Source: Amoeboaphelidium protococcarum X5
Lineage: Eukaryota; Fungi; Aphelidiomycota
Length of the DNA: 64,000 nucleotides
Assembly (NCBI GenBank): GCA_023515725.1
Contig: JALDTO010000142.1
Coordinates: 558,001 to 622,000 of the forward strand
Reading direction: 5' to 3'
Part shown: piece after piece, positions 13,114 through 27,102 of the stretch
Layout of the letters: each line of letters begins with the position of its first letter
How positions within the stretch are numbered: the first letter of the stretch is position 1
Made by a program: the position numbers and the translations under genes
The notes under the pieces: generated by a model
What the model was told of the DNA's origin: nothing
What the model saw: only the letters and a program-made list of their open reading frames with translations
The model's database searches: none

Positions 13114-16100
13114 ATGACACTATCTAATAATCTTTGTCCAGATAGAAGGAGAAGGAATTAGTCTTAGAAAGGAAATCTCATATAATTGCCAACAGATAAT
13201 TTGATCACTGACTCCACCAACACTTCGCGACCTTGCGTTGGCACATCTCTTCAATATTCCTCTGCGCAAGTCAAATCTGCTTATTTTAATTAAAATTCCC
13301 GTTAAGCCTACTATAGTAATAGCATGCAGAAGAAAACATTGCCCTCATTTTCGCAAGGATAAAATTCTGGCACTAGTGCGTGGTCGAATCAAAAGTCTTA
13401 AGGTGTAAAGCCTCTTTCCGGGAGTAGAAATGTTGTGGTGGAAATAGATGACGCGGATGATGGTTGTGTTAAAACTCCAAAAATGTCTACTAATAATTCC
13501 ACTAGGTAAATGCTGATTTCTGGTACGAGTAGTGCTCTGGACAGTCGTAGAAATCGAGAGACGGTCATCTCTCAACCGGCAGTCAACTCTCATGATGCAT
13601 ATCTTAAAATCTAAGCTTCCGGCATTACCACTACAAATATTGATAAAAAGATCATAATTGGTCCGAGTGTTACTGCATCGTACGATTCTTCGTATTAGAA
13701 TGTTTTGAACTAGGCTGAGTAGAACAAGACTCAAAACAGAGACGTGGTGGATCTCAGTAATGATGATCATAGCTCAGTGTCCCATGCAAAATCTAATGTT
13801 AGCAATCGCAGAACATATCAACCTTAAATTGATTCCTCTAATAGTGGTGCGAATAAGCGAAACCGTAAAGAGCCTTTTTAAAAGAAGAAGAAGTAGCTGA
13901 AGTTGTCCACTGCAGAAGATAAGCCGCTTAAAGGAATTCAGCAGTCATTGGACGACGATTTTGACTTTAAAGATTCGGAGAGCTTACCTCCTATCCCAAA
14001 CTTGGTAACAGCATTAGGTGGCAATGGGTTGACTGATGAGCAGAAGGAGAAGATGTTTGAAGATCATTATGAAGTGGACACCAAATGGTCTGGGCATATG
14101 GAGAGCTGCCAGTTCGCTTCAGGTACATGCAATTTTAAATAGTCTGGCCAATTGTCTATAGGAAATGACGACAGAATTTATTTTACTGACGGCGACAACA
14201 AGTATTTTGTCATTTTGAAGTTGCGTCATCTTACTGTGGACAATTATGCCACTGCTGCTGATGCTGAAATAATGCGGCAGTATACTCTAAAGTTTTAATT
14301 CCCGTCTAGCTAGTTTGTGATGAATAAGACTTTTGAAGAAGGTGGAATGCGGTCAGTTGATAGTATTGAGTGTTTTACCCAGCTAACTGCGACTGAACTA
14401 TAAAATCTTATGAAATTGGTCAAGTTTAATTTAAAGGCAACCTTTGAAACTCTTAATAGCAAGAAGAGATAGTGTGATGATGTTGGCACATCTCGATCCA
14501 AGAGTCTGGCTAGAGGCACTTTGACTAGGCCCAAAAGTCCTGATATGAGTTTTTCCGGTAGCATATTCTAAAGCGGCTTATTCAATAGATAGCAGAATGG
14601 TCGTAGATTGACTAGAAATTCTCAGTCATCTTTATTTCGCCAGAAAGTCAAGTCGAATGCTGATAATCCGATTACATTCGATGATGATGATGATGGTGAT
14701 GATTGTTAGGATAAAGTTGGCGATTCTTCCTCAGCTGTAAAGTAAGAGTCTGATTCTCTGGCCCAGCAGAAAGTTTAGGACAACTCACGTCGCACCAGAC
14801 TGGCAATGAAGGATTAGCCTAAATTGCTATTCAAGTTTCCTTTCAGTGGTAAGCACAGGATTCATGTGACTGACCATGATGCTCTTCGATTGCACGATCC
14901 TGAATTCCTTAATGATGTTGTTATTGAATTCTACTTGGATTACATTTTCAGCACACGAGTCAATCCTATTTGGCAGTAGAAGGCGTATGTATTCAACAGC
15001 TTCTTTTACAAGGTGCTCACAGAGAAGGGCCATGATAAGTAAAATGACGAGAATCGCTATTTAAGTGTGAAAGAGTGGACTAATAAGGCGGATGTTTTCT
15101 CTAGAGACTTCCTCATCGTTCCTGTGAATGAGAATTTCCATTGGTATCTGGCCATTATTGCATACCCTCACCGGCTGATAGATGCTGCCAAGCGCGATTT
15201 ATCCACTCAAGTTGATGCTCAAGACTCACCAGTCAAGAGTAGAGGCAATAGCGGAGGTCGCTCTCGGACTAATAAAATCATGTCTTCTCCCGAGAGTAAA
15301 AAGTTTGATGGTATGCTTGTTGTCGATATGGTGGATGATGACGATGATGTTCTGGCGAAGCCTAAAGTTCAAGCAGATTAAGCAAAGACTCTTGATGTTG
15401 AGTCTCCGTCTAAAGCTGATTTGCGACTATTAGAAAAGGCAAAGAATCAAGCTCATGTCATCATCCTGGATTCTCTGGGATCTTCGCGTCCTGCTACTGT
15501 AAAATCTCTCAAATTATTTCTCTACCAAGAGGCAAAGCATCGTTTGGGTGTAGAGATTGATCTTTCTCTAATTCAGGGCTCAAATGCTAGGATTCCTCGA
15601 CAGCCCAACTCTTATGACTGTGGAGTTTATCTACTCAACTGTGCCGAACAGTTCCTCACTGATCCTCCTGCTTAATTTCATCAGTTGATACTGCGAAGAT
15701 CCGGCGATTGGTTTAAACATGATGCTATTCAGATGAAGCGGATTGAAATGATATCTCTATTTGAGTAATTGACCAAAGATTATTCCGCTTCAGTTAGTCG
15801 CGATAGTTCAGAGTCTAATAGTACTACTGCAGCTTCTGTCAAAGACGAGAATGATAGCGACGGCGAAGATGTGTTTGAAGAAGTTAAACAATCTGCCGAA
15901 TCCGTGACAAAGTCGGCAGTCGACGCTTCATTCGACAACATCAGCTTATCTATGAGTGCATTGTGTGAATATCCGAAGGAAGTGAAGGAATCAACACCGG
16001 AAGTCAAGAATGAAAATTAGTTTGCCGTGCTTGATGGCCTCTAGGAAGATTTCAATATGGACGTTTTAGATTCAAAGAGTAATGATGTTGTTTAACCGTA

Positions 16101-16212
16101 GTCTCCTCAGGTCAAGACTGAGGAATCTATCGAGTAATTGTTTAACGATAATAGTCAACTGACTCCGGTAAAAAATGATACTTAATCTGTGGTGAGTGAC
16201 GATTAAAAGTGA
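13114..16212 (+). CDS. Ulp2/SENP6-7-like SUMO protease (peptidase C48), ~1030 aa
   Basis: FLNDVVIEFY, FNSFFY, VPVNENFHWYLAII, ILDSLG, PRQPNSYDCGVYLL; long low-complexity N-terminus. Confidence 0.9.
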
Positions 16213-16288
16213 ACATGCTTATGAATTTAATATCATATTGTGATATTTAACTCATAAAATTCCAATCTTTATAGTCAATCGATAACGG

Positions 16289-17298
16289 TCATAGGTGTTA
16301 TTGTAACCATTCAGACGCGATTGTAGCCATAGTTTCTGAACCTTGGCCACCAAGAACAAATGAATGGGATAGTCCATTTGAGCACAGGTGTACTTGACCA
16401 GATGGAAACCGTGCTTTCATGTCTTAATAATGCTTTACCGGTGCCCATCGATCATCCACTCCATAATAGAATATCAACTTGTCGATATGCTCCTTATAAA
16501 AACGTTCGTCAAGATTCTGAATCTAAGCCATTTCAGTATACGCCATGTACAACGCATTCTAACAAACATCAGAGTCTATCATTTACGACGCAACGATCGC
16601 GGACTCTGCATCATTAGTCCCAATGACACGTGACACCGCTGTCTATATAGCCTTTACAGGTAGAAACGACAGAGCAGTTGCAGCTGAAGATAAACACAGC
16701 CTTCCCATCCACGAGAATGCAGGTGATAGCAGAGAGCCATTCGGAGTGGCAGCGATATGTTCCAAAGTCGGAAACAGCAGTAAACTTCTTTCAAAATTAT
16801 ATGCTGGTCGAGCCTTGATTATTTCAGCGCATATATAAGCGCCTACAGAGTGTCCAGCTAAAATAATACGTGCATCTATGTACTCTTCAGCGACTAAATG
16901 ATCTAAAATCGCGAGTTTATGGTTGATTTGATCCTGCAATCCAAAGAGACCAGTCTGACGCAGCTCTTCAGATTCTTTAAATTTTACAGAATGCACAAGA
17001 GGATACTATTCAATGAACGACTCCTTAGTATGTTTGGCATGCTGAACTCCGATAACATTCAGACGCTAATCACATTTCTGATGAATAGACTGTAAAAACT
17101 GATCGTAAAAGTCAATCACACCTGGGTTGCCTACACAATGTTTACGCAGTCAGTCATTATAGACATTGCATCTAGGTAGTATAAAAAAGTGACCATACCT
17201 GGTATAAAGAATAACAAAACATTGCAAGACTAATTCACAGCTTCTATAACGTTAATCTGCGTGCGAAACCCGCCAATCTACCACAAAGTCTTTTTCAT
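16289..17298 (-). CDS. Lipid droplet-associated serine hydrolase (LDAH/YPR147C-like), one intron
   Basis: FFIPG/NPGVIDFY (split by the intron), GHSVGAY nucleophile motif, LLFPTLEHIAATPNG, HSFVL. Confidence 0.88.
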
Positions 17299-17740
17299 TT
17301 CAAACTCGGGCACTTTTTCTCTAAGCGGTGAAGAGTAGAGTAACGGGCGAAGAAGAGTGAAAAACGAACTAAGAATGGGATTTTTAATGCCTGAAGAGCT
17401 TATTTACCAAAAATGGTAAGAAGTAAGTCATGTAATCAGATTTGACACAAGAAGCTTGAGTACGCTATAGGAGTAGCTTGACTGACTGACACGTGGATAC
17501 GATAGAAAGAAAAGATTACGAAAGCACCAAAGTGAAACAAGCGATGAAACAAAGTCATAACAACTTGAAACGCGTCGCTCGTTGTTTCAAGTTGTGACGT
17601 GATGTGAATCTTCCGATAAATTCACGTTTGTTTCAACTCCACTCTCTTCCCATTTACTCACCCACTCTCACTACCTTCCTCACAGTTATCATATCCAGGA
17701 TTCTAGATAGTTCCTGTTACCTTGAATATCGTCGTCAATA

Positions 17741-18955
17741 ATGAAGTCTTTTATTATCTCTGCTTTGCTGGCAGCATCTGCTTCTTATGGTTTCGTTGTG
17801 CAAAGAGACACCTCTGCTCCTCTGTTCATTTAGAACGATTATGCAGAAGCTGTCCCACAGGAGTACATTGTTGTTCTGAAGGAGCAGTCTGACCTGTCTA
17901 GTGCTCAAATCATGTCAGATCTGGTATCGTATGCTTCCATTGCTTCTGACGATATTCTGCATACATATGATACCGTTCTGAGTGGTTTTGCTGCCAAGCT
18001 GAGTGAAGATTAGCTGTCCATGATGGGATCCCGCCAAGAGATTGCCTTCATTGAACCGAATCAGGTTGTATATGCACATGCTGCTCAAAGTCCAGTACCA
18101 TCTTGGGGATTGGCTCGTGTATCACAAAAGTCATTCAAGGATCCTACTACTTACAGCTATCCATCTACTGCCGGTGCAGGTGTTGATGCCTACGTCATTG
18201 ACACTGGTGTCAATATTGAGCATGTTGATTTTGAGGGCCGTGCTAAGTGGGGAAAGACTATTCCAAGAGGCTCTAGAGATTTTGACGGAAATGGTCATGG
18301 TACACATGTGGCTGGTACCATTGCTGGTAAGACTTTCGGTATTGCGAAGAAGGCCAACATTGTCGCAGTCAAAGTGTTAAGTGATAGTGGATCTGGTACC
18401 ACTGCTGATGTTATTGCTGGTATCCAATGGAGTGCAGAGTAGTCCAAGAGTAAGGGTAAGAAATCTGTCGCCAACATGTCTCTTGGTGGTGGTAAATCTA
18501 ATGCATTGAATACTGCAGTTGCAGGTGCTATCAAATAGGGATTGCAGTTCGCTGTAGCTGCTGGTAACTCCAACAGAGATGCTTGTTACTACAGTCCGGC
18601 CAGTGTTCCTACTGCTATCAGTGTTGGTGCTTCCACCGTCAATGATGGCCGTGCTTACTTTTCCAACTATGGCAAGTGTGTTCACATTATGGCGCCTGGT
18701 CAGGATATCACTTCCGCATGGACTGGTTCAGCTACTGCACAAAGAACTATCTCTGGTACCTCCATGGCATCTCCTCACGTTTGCGGTGTTATGGCTCTGC
18801 TGTTGGCTGAAGAAGACTTGAGCCCTGCCGACTTGAAGACCAAGATTATCAACTTGGGTGTGAAGGGAGTTTTCACTCGTCTGCCTGCTGGAACTCCAAA
18901 CTTGCTATTGAACAATGGCTACTGCAGCAATGAAAACACCGACCTGTTCTGGTGA
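17741..18955 (+). CDS. Secreted/vacuolar subtilisin S8 protease (proteinase K/Prb1-like) with I9 propeptide
   Basis: Signal peptide; VIDTG, GNGHGTHVAG, AAGN, SGTSMASPHV. Confidence 0.96.
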
Positions 18956-19145
18956 ATTTCTGTCTTTATGGTTTGATTGATTTATGATGTAAATGTATTA
19001 TTTTCGTATCCCACTCTAATTTCATACCTCATTTTACTCACTGCGCCATAATCGAGAAGACTTCCTTCCCTGCAGATCTTTAAAGGCAGATTTCCCACAT
19101 TCTCTTCTTTCTCCCGTTTCATTCAAAAATTTTAAAGTAAAGGCA

Positions 19146-20909
19146 ATGTCTTGCCGGATGGACTAGAATCCTATATACTACGACGTGTTTTACTGTCCAT
19201 TAATCGAGTATAATGCTTAATTGGATGCCACTGATAGTCTCAATGTTCCCCCAAAGATCCGCGATAGTGTCGCTGACCATAGCGCTTAGAGTGACTAGAC
19301 ATCTGTGCCTAATGTAACTGGCAATGATACCTTAATATAAGATGATAATTTAAATAAGACCGATGAGTCGACAGGATAATCTTCAACAGATAATGAAGAT
19401 GCAAAGCCAGATAGGAAAGTACCTGTAATAAAGACTTGCGGTCCTCCCACCTAGAAAGATAGATTCAACTATGCATCTTTTGACTGTGGTGCTATTATTC
19501 GCCAGTCTGACTCTTCAACTCAACATGCAACATCAATTTTGAATGCTAATAATAAAGACACCTATATGCTAACTGTGTGCAGTGATTAGAATGAGGAGCG
19601 ATTTGTGACCATAGAACTGTGTCAAGATATTCTGATTGATGGTGTGGTGATTGCGAATTTAGAGTTCTTCAGCTCCATGTATAGTAGAATCAATGTGTAC
19701 ATTAGCGATTTCTATCCTCCCGTCTAGTGGACTCATCTCGCTGTATTAGACACGGTCAATAATAGAGATTTGTAATTATTTTAAATAGAAGAGTCCGTCA
19801 TGTGGGCCAAGTATGTCAAGCTGCAATTTGTTGGTCATTATGGAAGTGAGCACTATTGCCCGCTGACTCTAGTCAAAGTGTATGGTAGCACAATGATGGA
19901 GGATCTGCGTAATTTTGAATTAAGTTAAGCCAAGGCACCAGATTCATAATCTGATATCAAATTGTGGTCTAATCCCCAGTTTACATCTAATGCGCACCAT
20001 CATCATCATTTGGTGTCCTCGTTGAGATCTCGCGGTAGATTGTATCATCATCCTGCTGGTAGTAATTGGCATTCATAATACTAATAATAGTAGAATTCTT
20101 ATCAACAAGAGCTCTCGGATTTGAATAAAAAGTATTAAATTCATAGTGATTAGCCGTCCTGGCAGTAACAATAATAGCAATAATAATCCTAGGTGTATCA
20201 AGAGAATGGACCTTAGCCATAGTCATCTTCTACAGATTCTGTATTTAAATCTATACTAAAACGATTGAACAAGTTGGAGTATAATCTAAATGTAACGAAC
20301 AATTACCTGCAGAATAGTATAGACGTGTTCAGATTGGAGTTGGAGCACTTGGAGCAAGATACTCGCCTTCGCGTAGAAGATTATCTGGAGCGTCTCGGGG
20401 CGTCTGTGATGACTGGGATGAACGAGATGCGACAAGATTTTGACTCCTCATTGCATCACATGGTCACCGATGGTAGGTAGGCCATCTCTAATCTGGAGTC
20501 CTTCACCGCCACGTATCAGTAATAGTTCTACTTCAACTTGTGTCTAATTATGCTGCTGTCGATGGTGGTGGGATGTCTCATATATTTAGTATAGACTGGG
20601 TAGACGGTCAGTGATGTTCTCAGACGACTTCGGCGACGTAATGGTAACGAAAGTGCTCTCAATCGGCGGCCAATGTTTGCTCTTAGCAATAATGAACTTG
20701 TCATGCGTCAACCATTTTAAACTCCGGATGCATGGCAGCAGTTTTTGGAATCTAATATTCACAAGATTTACGTTACTACAAATGGTGGTGATGGCGATGG
20801 TGGTGGTGGCAATATTAGAAAGATGAGAATGCGCAGATTCAGTTTCCCATCAGATATAAATACTCGACTCCGCCATTCGCATCACAACCGAAGATCTAAG
20901 CGAGATTGA
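19146..20909 (+). CDS. SLP1: SUN-like ER protein (Slp1/SUCO family)
   Basis: [58 protein letters not shown], coiled coil then a TM helix. Confidence 0.88.
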
Positions 20910-21125
20910 CATCTTTCCTTACATCATCATGATGATGATACTCCACCAAAATGACAATAATATAAATAAGAGTATCGTGATAATAAAAATCTCACTTTAT
21001 TACATCAGAACGACAACATTTTTTTAAATCTCTTACTTGGGTGTTCATCAGCAAAATAATCACTAGTCGATCTTTAATCATAATCTTCAATTGACCGGTG
21101 AGTCTTTATGGACAACAACATTTAT

Positions 21126-23154
21126 TCACTTCATAGAGGCCACGGCATTAGTCTTCAAATGCTGAATCAAGGTTCTCACAAATCCCTACTCGTACTTGGT
21201 ATTCTCGAGAATAACCTACAGATTCTCACTGGGGCAACGTAGAATATTGGGAGCAAAAACCATCGCGATATTATTGATACTCATTCGCGTGACTGGCTAG
21301 TTCTTGGGCTCACCAACGATTTGGAGAAAGTTGATCAAGTACTCCAACACGTTCTAATTATGCTCGGGAATCTTGCTGAATATTGCAAGAGCCTTCTCCG
21401 GATTCTCTGCATTCTTTATACAGTAGTCATAGAGCTCAGTAGGCACTAGAGGATCAGTCAGATCACGAAGCCAAAACTTGAGTAGCGATGCAGGTACAGA
21501 TGCATCATTAATACCGCTAATGTCATACACATTCTTCTCAATGCGCAATCTCAAGTCTGTGATTTGGTCAGCATCACCTGGCACTCTGAATATTCCCTCA
21601 GTCTGGCATCCATTCAAGTTAAGGATACACTGAGACAGGAATGTCATGATTCTAGGCAATTTCAGCTGAGGCTCCTTCTCCTTCTGGATATCCATAATAT
21701 CTGCAAGAGATTCTCCAAACACCGATGGGAAGAATGGAGCCTCCTTGGCTCGATCAATCTCAGCAATAGTTGGCACTTTACCTCTTGGTCCTTTCACAGC
21801 GATCCTAGTCAGCTTGGTTAGACAATGCTTAGAGAATATCTGAATCTTCTCATCGGGATCAGAGAAACGCTCTTTCATAAACTACTCCAAATAGCTCTCA
21901 AAGTTCTTGGATGGTGGGAAGGTGACCACCAGCGTGGACATCAACTCCCATCCCTTGTAAACGCTTTCAGCACCCGGATTTCCAGTGAGTTGTTTACACA
22001 CCTGGCAAAAGATTTCGTCTCTCATCTCACCAAAATTGATACCAGAAGCCAGAATCTCCTGAATATCCTCACTATTACTCTTGGTATTCTTGGACTAAGG
22101 GGCACGATCTCCCATGGCTCTTTGCACAGTTTTAAATATCTTGATCGCCTCCTTGTGCAAGTTCTTGTTCAGAGTAAGTAGAGGTAGAGAAATGGCATCC
22201 TTCGTAAACTTGACCATCTTATCAACGGGGACTCGCTTGCGTAGTATACCACGCTTATGAGTGGCAAAGTACTTTGATGCAAATCCCTCCAACTAGAATT
22301 TAGCAATATCTTTCATCAAACTATTTGGCAGAGCAGCACTAGATCCTTAAATCTTTGAAAGCTCCGGCTACGCAGTACGTCCATCTAAACTCATTCTACC
22401 GTGATGACCAGCACCAGCGGAATTGGCAGTCTAACTTGCAGCCAGAGGTGATTGATTCACAGGCATGGACATGGAAATATCATGTTGCCTATTCGGTGCA
22501 GAGAGATTCTACGGCTACTATACGAATAATCATAACAATAAAGTAGATGACTCTAAAACATGCAAACAATATGATACTTACTGCTTAATTCGGCATTTAA
22601 CCTTATCCATAACTCTCCGGAGACTTTCGAGCATTATTTTACTACTATAACTGCAACTACTACTACTACTACTCCTACTAAGCAGTGTCTGCATTGGACT
22701 TTTACTGCACCGGAGTGGGAAATCCGCTAGTTCCAGAGGCTCTTTGCAAAGCTATAAGTGATATCACATACGCAGCAGCCGGCTTCACCCACTCGGTCTG
22801 ACCAGTTTTAGTATTAAAGTAATACTACACAACACATAGCGATGATATATACAATGAATTTAGTAATTGGTTCAATAAATTAAAATCATACAGGTAGCTT
22901 GTGATTGTTATCAAACAGCTCCCACCACTCTTCCACATTCGGATCTCTCGCAGTCACTTGGACATTGGACGGTTTCTCCCAACAACATTCTCCTACAATA
23001 CAATACTCAACAAAAAATAATAACATTAACGTATTCTTGATAAAGTACAAGAGATAACAATATAATGCTTACCAGAAATTGTGTTGGCATAGAAGATTTT
23101 GCGACTCTACGGATCCAAAATCTCCACCCAATTATTATTACTGTTACTCGACAT
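21126..23154 (-). CDS. WW-WW-MyTH4-RhoGAP protein (ARHGAP39/Vilse-like), 3 introns
   Basis: WVEILDPQSRKIFYAN, WWELFD..YYFN..TEW, RDEIFCQVCKQLT, EGIFRVPGD, ASLLKFWLRDL, TRMSINNIAMVFAPN. Confidence 0.9.
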
Positions 23155-23575
23155 TCACTTCAGTAAAGTATTTTATCACTTAATTCTGTTGAGAGTAAAA
23201 TGGACAGCAAAGTTTTTAAAATATGTCGTGATGGTAATATACTAATCCGCAACTTATCGCTAAAAGCTAGCTCTAGCTATATAAGCAGATAATAGATACC
23301 GTTATAAAGATGTTGTTGTTAACCAGGAAGGAACAAAAAGGCGACGAAGAAAAGAAAGCGACCGCGAAACGAGTTCTCCCCGGCCAGAGAAGATCTGTGT
23401 TGTTTGTTTCAGTTATTAACCATTCAAGATCAAGACAAGACAAGACGCCAACTGGCCTACTACAGTACAGTAATAATAGCGAACTCCGGTCCGTTCGCGT
23501 GAACACTCGCGAACGGTATTCTTAATTAAGTCTATTACCTATATTTCCGACTAATCAAAACTACGCACGTAACTA

Positions 23576-24844
23576 TCATTGAGACAATGGTCTGTAATCT
23601 TGACAAAATTGCTCCCACCCGGGCTTAACAGGCGCAACTTTAATCCGTTTAGCCAAAGTGCGGCGTTTAACCAAATTTCTAAACTGAACCCAACTCTTAC
23701 TTATAAATTTCTGTCGAAATTTAATCTCTGGCTGCAAAAACGCCATTAATTCATCATACTATTCAATCCGGCAATTAGCAAGATATGCAACAGACTCTGG
23801 ATTTCGTTATCGCATGGCCATAGTGATCATCCGTAGTTTAAATTCGGATGGCAGACGACCATTTTTCTGCCCTCTTTCTATAAACTTCTGCGTAGATTGA
23901 CGGATGACATCTTGTAAACCTTCCTGTGCAAATTCTGGAATCAATAAATCAGGACGGCTCATAATGTATCTCCAAAGCATCGGGTCCAATCTTGAAAATG
24001 ATTCCTACCATATACTTCGAACCACCCAAGAGGACTATTAACCATTGACTTTTGGAAATTTTTCATGATCTAACACCTTTTTCAAAGCCACAATATCTCC
24101 TAATGTACATAATCTGGAGGGCACAAATTTCCACGCAGATCGCCAAAAAGATTGCCATTCCCTAGCAACAACGTTTTCTACAGCAACGACAAAATCAAAA
24201 ACAGAAGGTCCGCTCTCATGCATAGCATCAGCTATAGCATCAGCTAAAATATTTTACGATGGCCCCTATTCCAAAATAAACTTAAATGAAAGCAGATTCT
24301 AGTGTACCAAGGCAGATTTCAAGCAGGAATGCATTGTATCCTTTGGCATGTCCCATCGAACGAACATATTAACAAATCTGGCAGCTTTAAACCAAGCTTC
24401 CAATTATTGCTTCTGATCTGTGTAACCACAAACGACTTCAGCAAATTTAGGATCTGCTTATTCAGTTATGTATTTGCTTTGCAATTCTTAAACGAGATTT
24501 GATTTACCCTAAAGTATCCACTGCTTCATTAGCAAATGCAAACCATCAGCTTCATTCACTTTTTCCATCAATTCTGCTGCATTAGAAGTAGCGGGCATAT
24601 ACTTCCGCAAAGATTTTCTCGCTGCTAAAGCTTGCGGATAACTCAACTCTCTCTGCATCAAATGATAAACCATTGGCTCTACAAACAATGAAGATTGTTC
24701 AGGGTCGTGGGACAAGCATTGAAGATCCGCATTAATATCACACGCGTGTATAGCAGTAGGCTAATCAGTGCCAGAGGATTAGACTATTGATACAAGGCAA
24801 ACGAAGAGTATCAATAGCGCGCAATATTTTAATCTATCTAGCAT
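23576..24844 (-). CDS. Hypothetical secreted protein (422 aa), no recognised family
   Basis: Continuous TGA-free frame joining three ORF-track fragments; N-terminus MLDRLKYCALLILFVCLVSIVQS resembles a signal peptide. Confidence 0.75.
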
Positions 24845-25762
24845 TGCTTTTTATTAATTTAAACCAGAATATTATTCTCGTTATCATCGTTGATGCCAGG
24901 AATAAATGCGAAAATATGTAAAAGTGATTTGGTGACATGTGTATGATCGATCACAGTACATACTTGTCCCTGTCAAAACGTTCGCGCGTCATGCTCCTTA
25001 AACGTACAGAGACAATAAAATAGGGCACGTGTAATCGGCTTATGGAAACTGTATTACCATCTTTTATACACTCAGTAAAAGTCTATTAAATTGATATGTC
25101 AAAGTATGGGTCTTAAAGCAAACGAAAGGATAAAAGTACTGCGGGTGATGCAAACTGTATTAGAACGGAGTCATGATAGACAATTCTATAATTACATATT
25201 CATTTAGTTCAATTTGGACAATAAGTAAAATTCTTATCCTTCAACTCAAAGACTCATGTCAGCTTTGGAATGACCATGTAGAGTACAGATGAAATGAACA
25301 ATTACTTAATTGGAATCGAAAGAAATAGAGGTGTCTAATTTTTTAGAGACGGTTGATCAAACAAAAGATGAGCGCATTGCACTTTAAGCCAAACCCATCT
25401 GCTTGGATAATTTCTCTCCCTTTCAGGCACCCACCACTATGAGAGCAAGTATTGAGATCACACTAGGCTGTTAATTCATCTTCATAGGCGTAAGCCAAAG
25501 CCGCAGATTATCTTGGACCGTTAGAAAATCCAGTGGCGACCACCTTAAAACGCGTTTCCCATTATGCAAAAAGCACAGTGCAGCGAAGTGCGACAGTTCA
25601 TTAAGGTGTATACTCATGTCGCGAGGGACTTCTTCGCTGTGTTCGTTCAATGTCGCGTTTCCTTTCACAGTAGTCAGCTTCGTCGCTCTTTGTCACGTTC
25701 TAACATCGTCCGTCATTCCTGAACTACATAGTCGTTAAGCGAACCTTTGAATTGTAGCAATA

Positions 25763-26696
25763 ATGTTGAAATTGACGCGCTGTGGACTGTCTATCACTGC
25801 TAAGGGTGGCTTCCGTTACAAGCATACTTTACCAGACTTGCCATATGATTAGTAAGACTTGTTCTGATACCAACTTGATAGATCATAACAACAATCTTGT
25901 GTGTGTGTGTGTGTAGTAATGCTCTGGAGCCTGTTGTATCCGGTAATATATTGATATTTTAGGGATGTTGGAACTCTTGATGACGATATTTTGTAATTGA
26001 TTTAATGTAGCTGAAATCATGCAACTGCATCATCAAAAGCATCACCAGGCGTATGTGAATAACCTGAACTTGGCTGAGGAGAAGTTGTATGAAGCCAAGA
26101 ACAAGAATGATTTGCCTGCGTCTATTGCATTGCAGTCAATGCTGAAGTTTAATGGTGGTGGCCACATTAACCACTCCATCTTCTGGACCAACTTGGCTCC
26201 AATCTCCAAAGGTGGTGGTGAACCTCCTAAAGGTAGATCCATTGATTTTACATTTATTCCATCATTGCTGTATTACTTGTACTCAGTACAATAATGTAGG
26301 CAACTTGCTTAATGCCATCCAGAAGGATTTTGCCAATATGGACAACTTTATCAAGAAGTTTAACACTTCAGCAGCGGCTGTTCAAGGCAGCGGTTGGTGT
26401 TGGTTGGTAGGATATGAGCTTTCGTGATTTTTGATTCTAAACTCTGATCGTCATTCATAATATAATTTCAACTGTTGTAGGGATACAATAAAGTGACAAA
26501 GGGCTTGGAAATCTCCACCACGCCGAATCAAGATCCGCTAGTGCTGAATGGACTTGTGCCATTGTTGGGCATTGATGTGTGGGAACATGCATACTACCTG
26601 CAGTATAAGAATGTTCGCCCAGACTATCTGAAGGAAATCTGGCGTGTGGTGAACTGGGAGAATGTTGCAGAACGTTACATCTAAGCACAACAATGA
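25763..26696 (+). CDS. SOD2: Mitochondrial Mn superoxide dismutase, 4 introns
   Basis: [57 protein letters not shown]. Confidence 0.97.
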
Positions 26697-27102
26697 GTTA
26701 GTGGAGTATATTTTAGGAGTGGCAACATTGCTGATTGCGCTGAAATGATAATTGAATTTTGACAGTGAATACAAAAATATGCGATTCATACATTTTCATG
26801 TTTGATAGATTGAGTGTGTGTAAGGGGCATTGCACTGTCACACTCAGCACTCTGAAAATAGATAGACCATACAATTCTGCATTCAGACAAAGCGCGTCAC
26901 AGTTTCAGTTCGCGTTCCGTCGCTCAGATCGTCGCGTTTCATCCCCGCTCGGATCACCAATGAGAGCGATCTCAGTTCCATCATTGGATGTGAATTTGTT
27001 TCTCTTTACTGTGCTTTACTGTTTCTCTGCTGTACCAATCTGGTCCTGACTTCCATTTGTCCATCCATTTAAACCCAATACATTTACTGGATATTTCTTA
27101 GA

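Noticed and set aside
24900-25700. Possible small ORFs upstream of SOD2
   Set aside because: Short, TGA-interrupted and without recognisable homology
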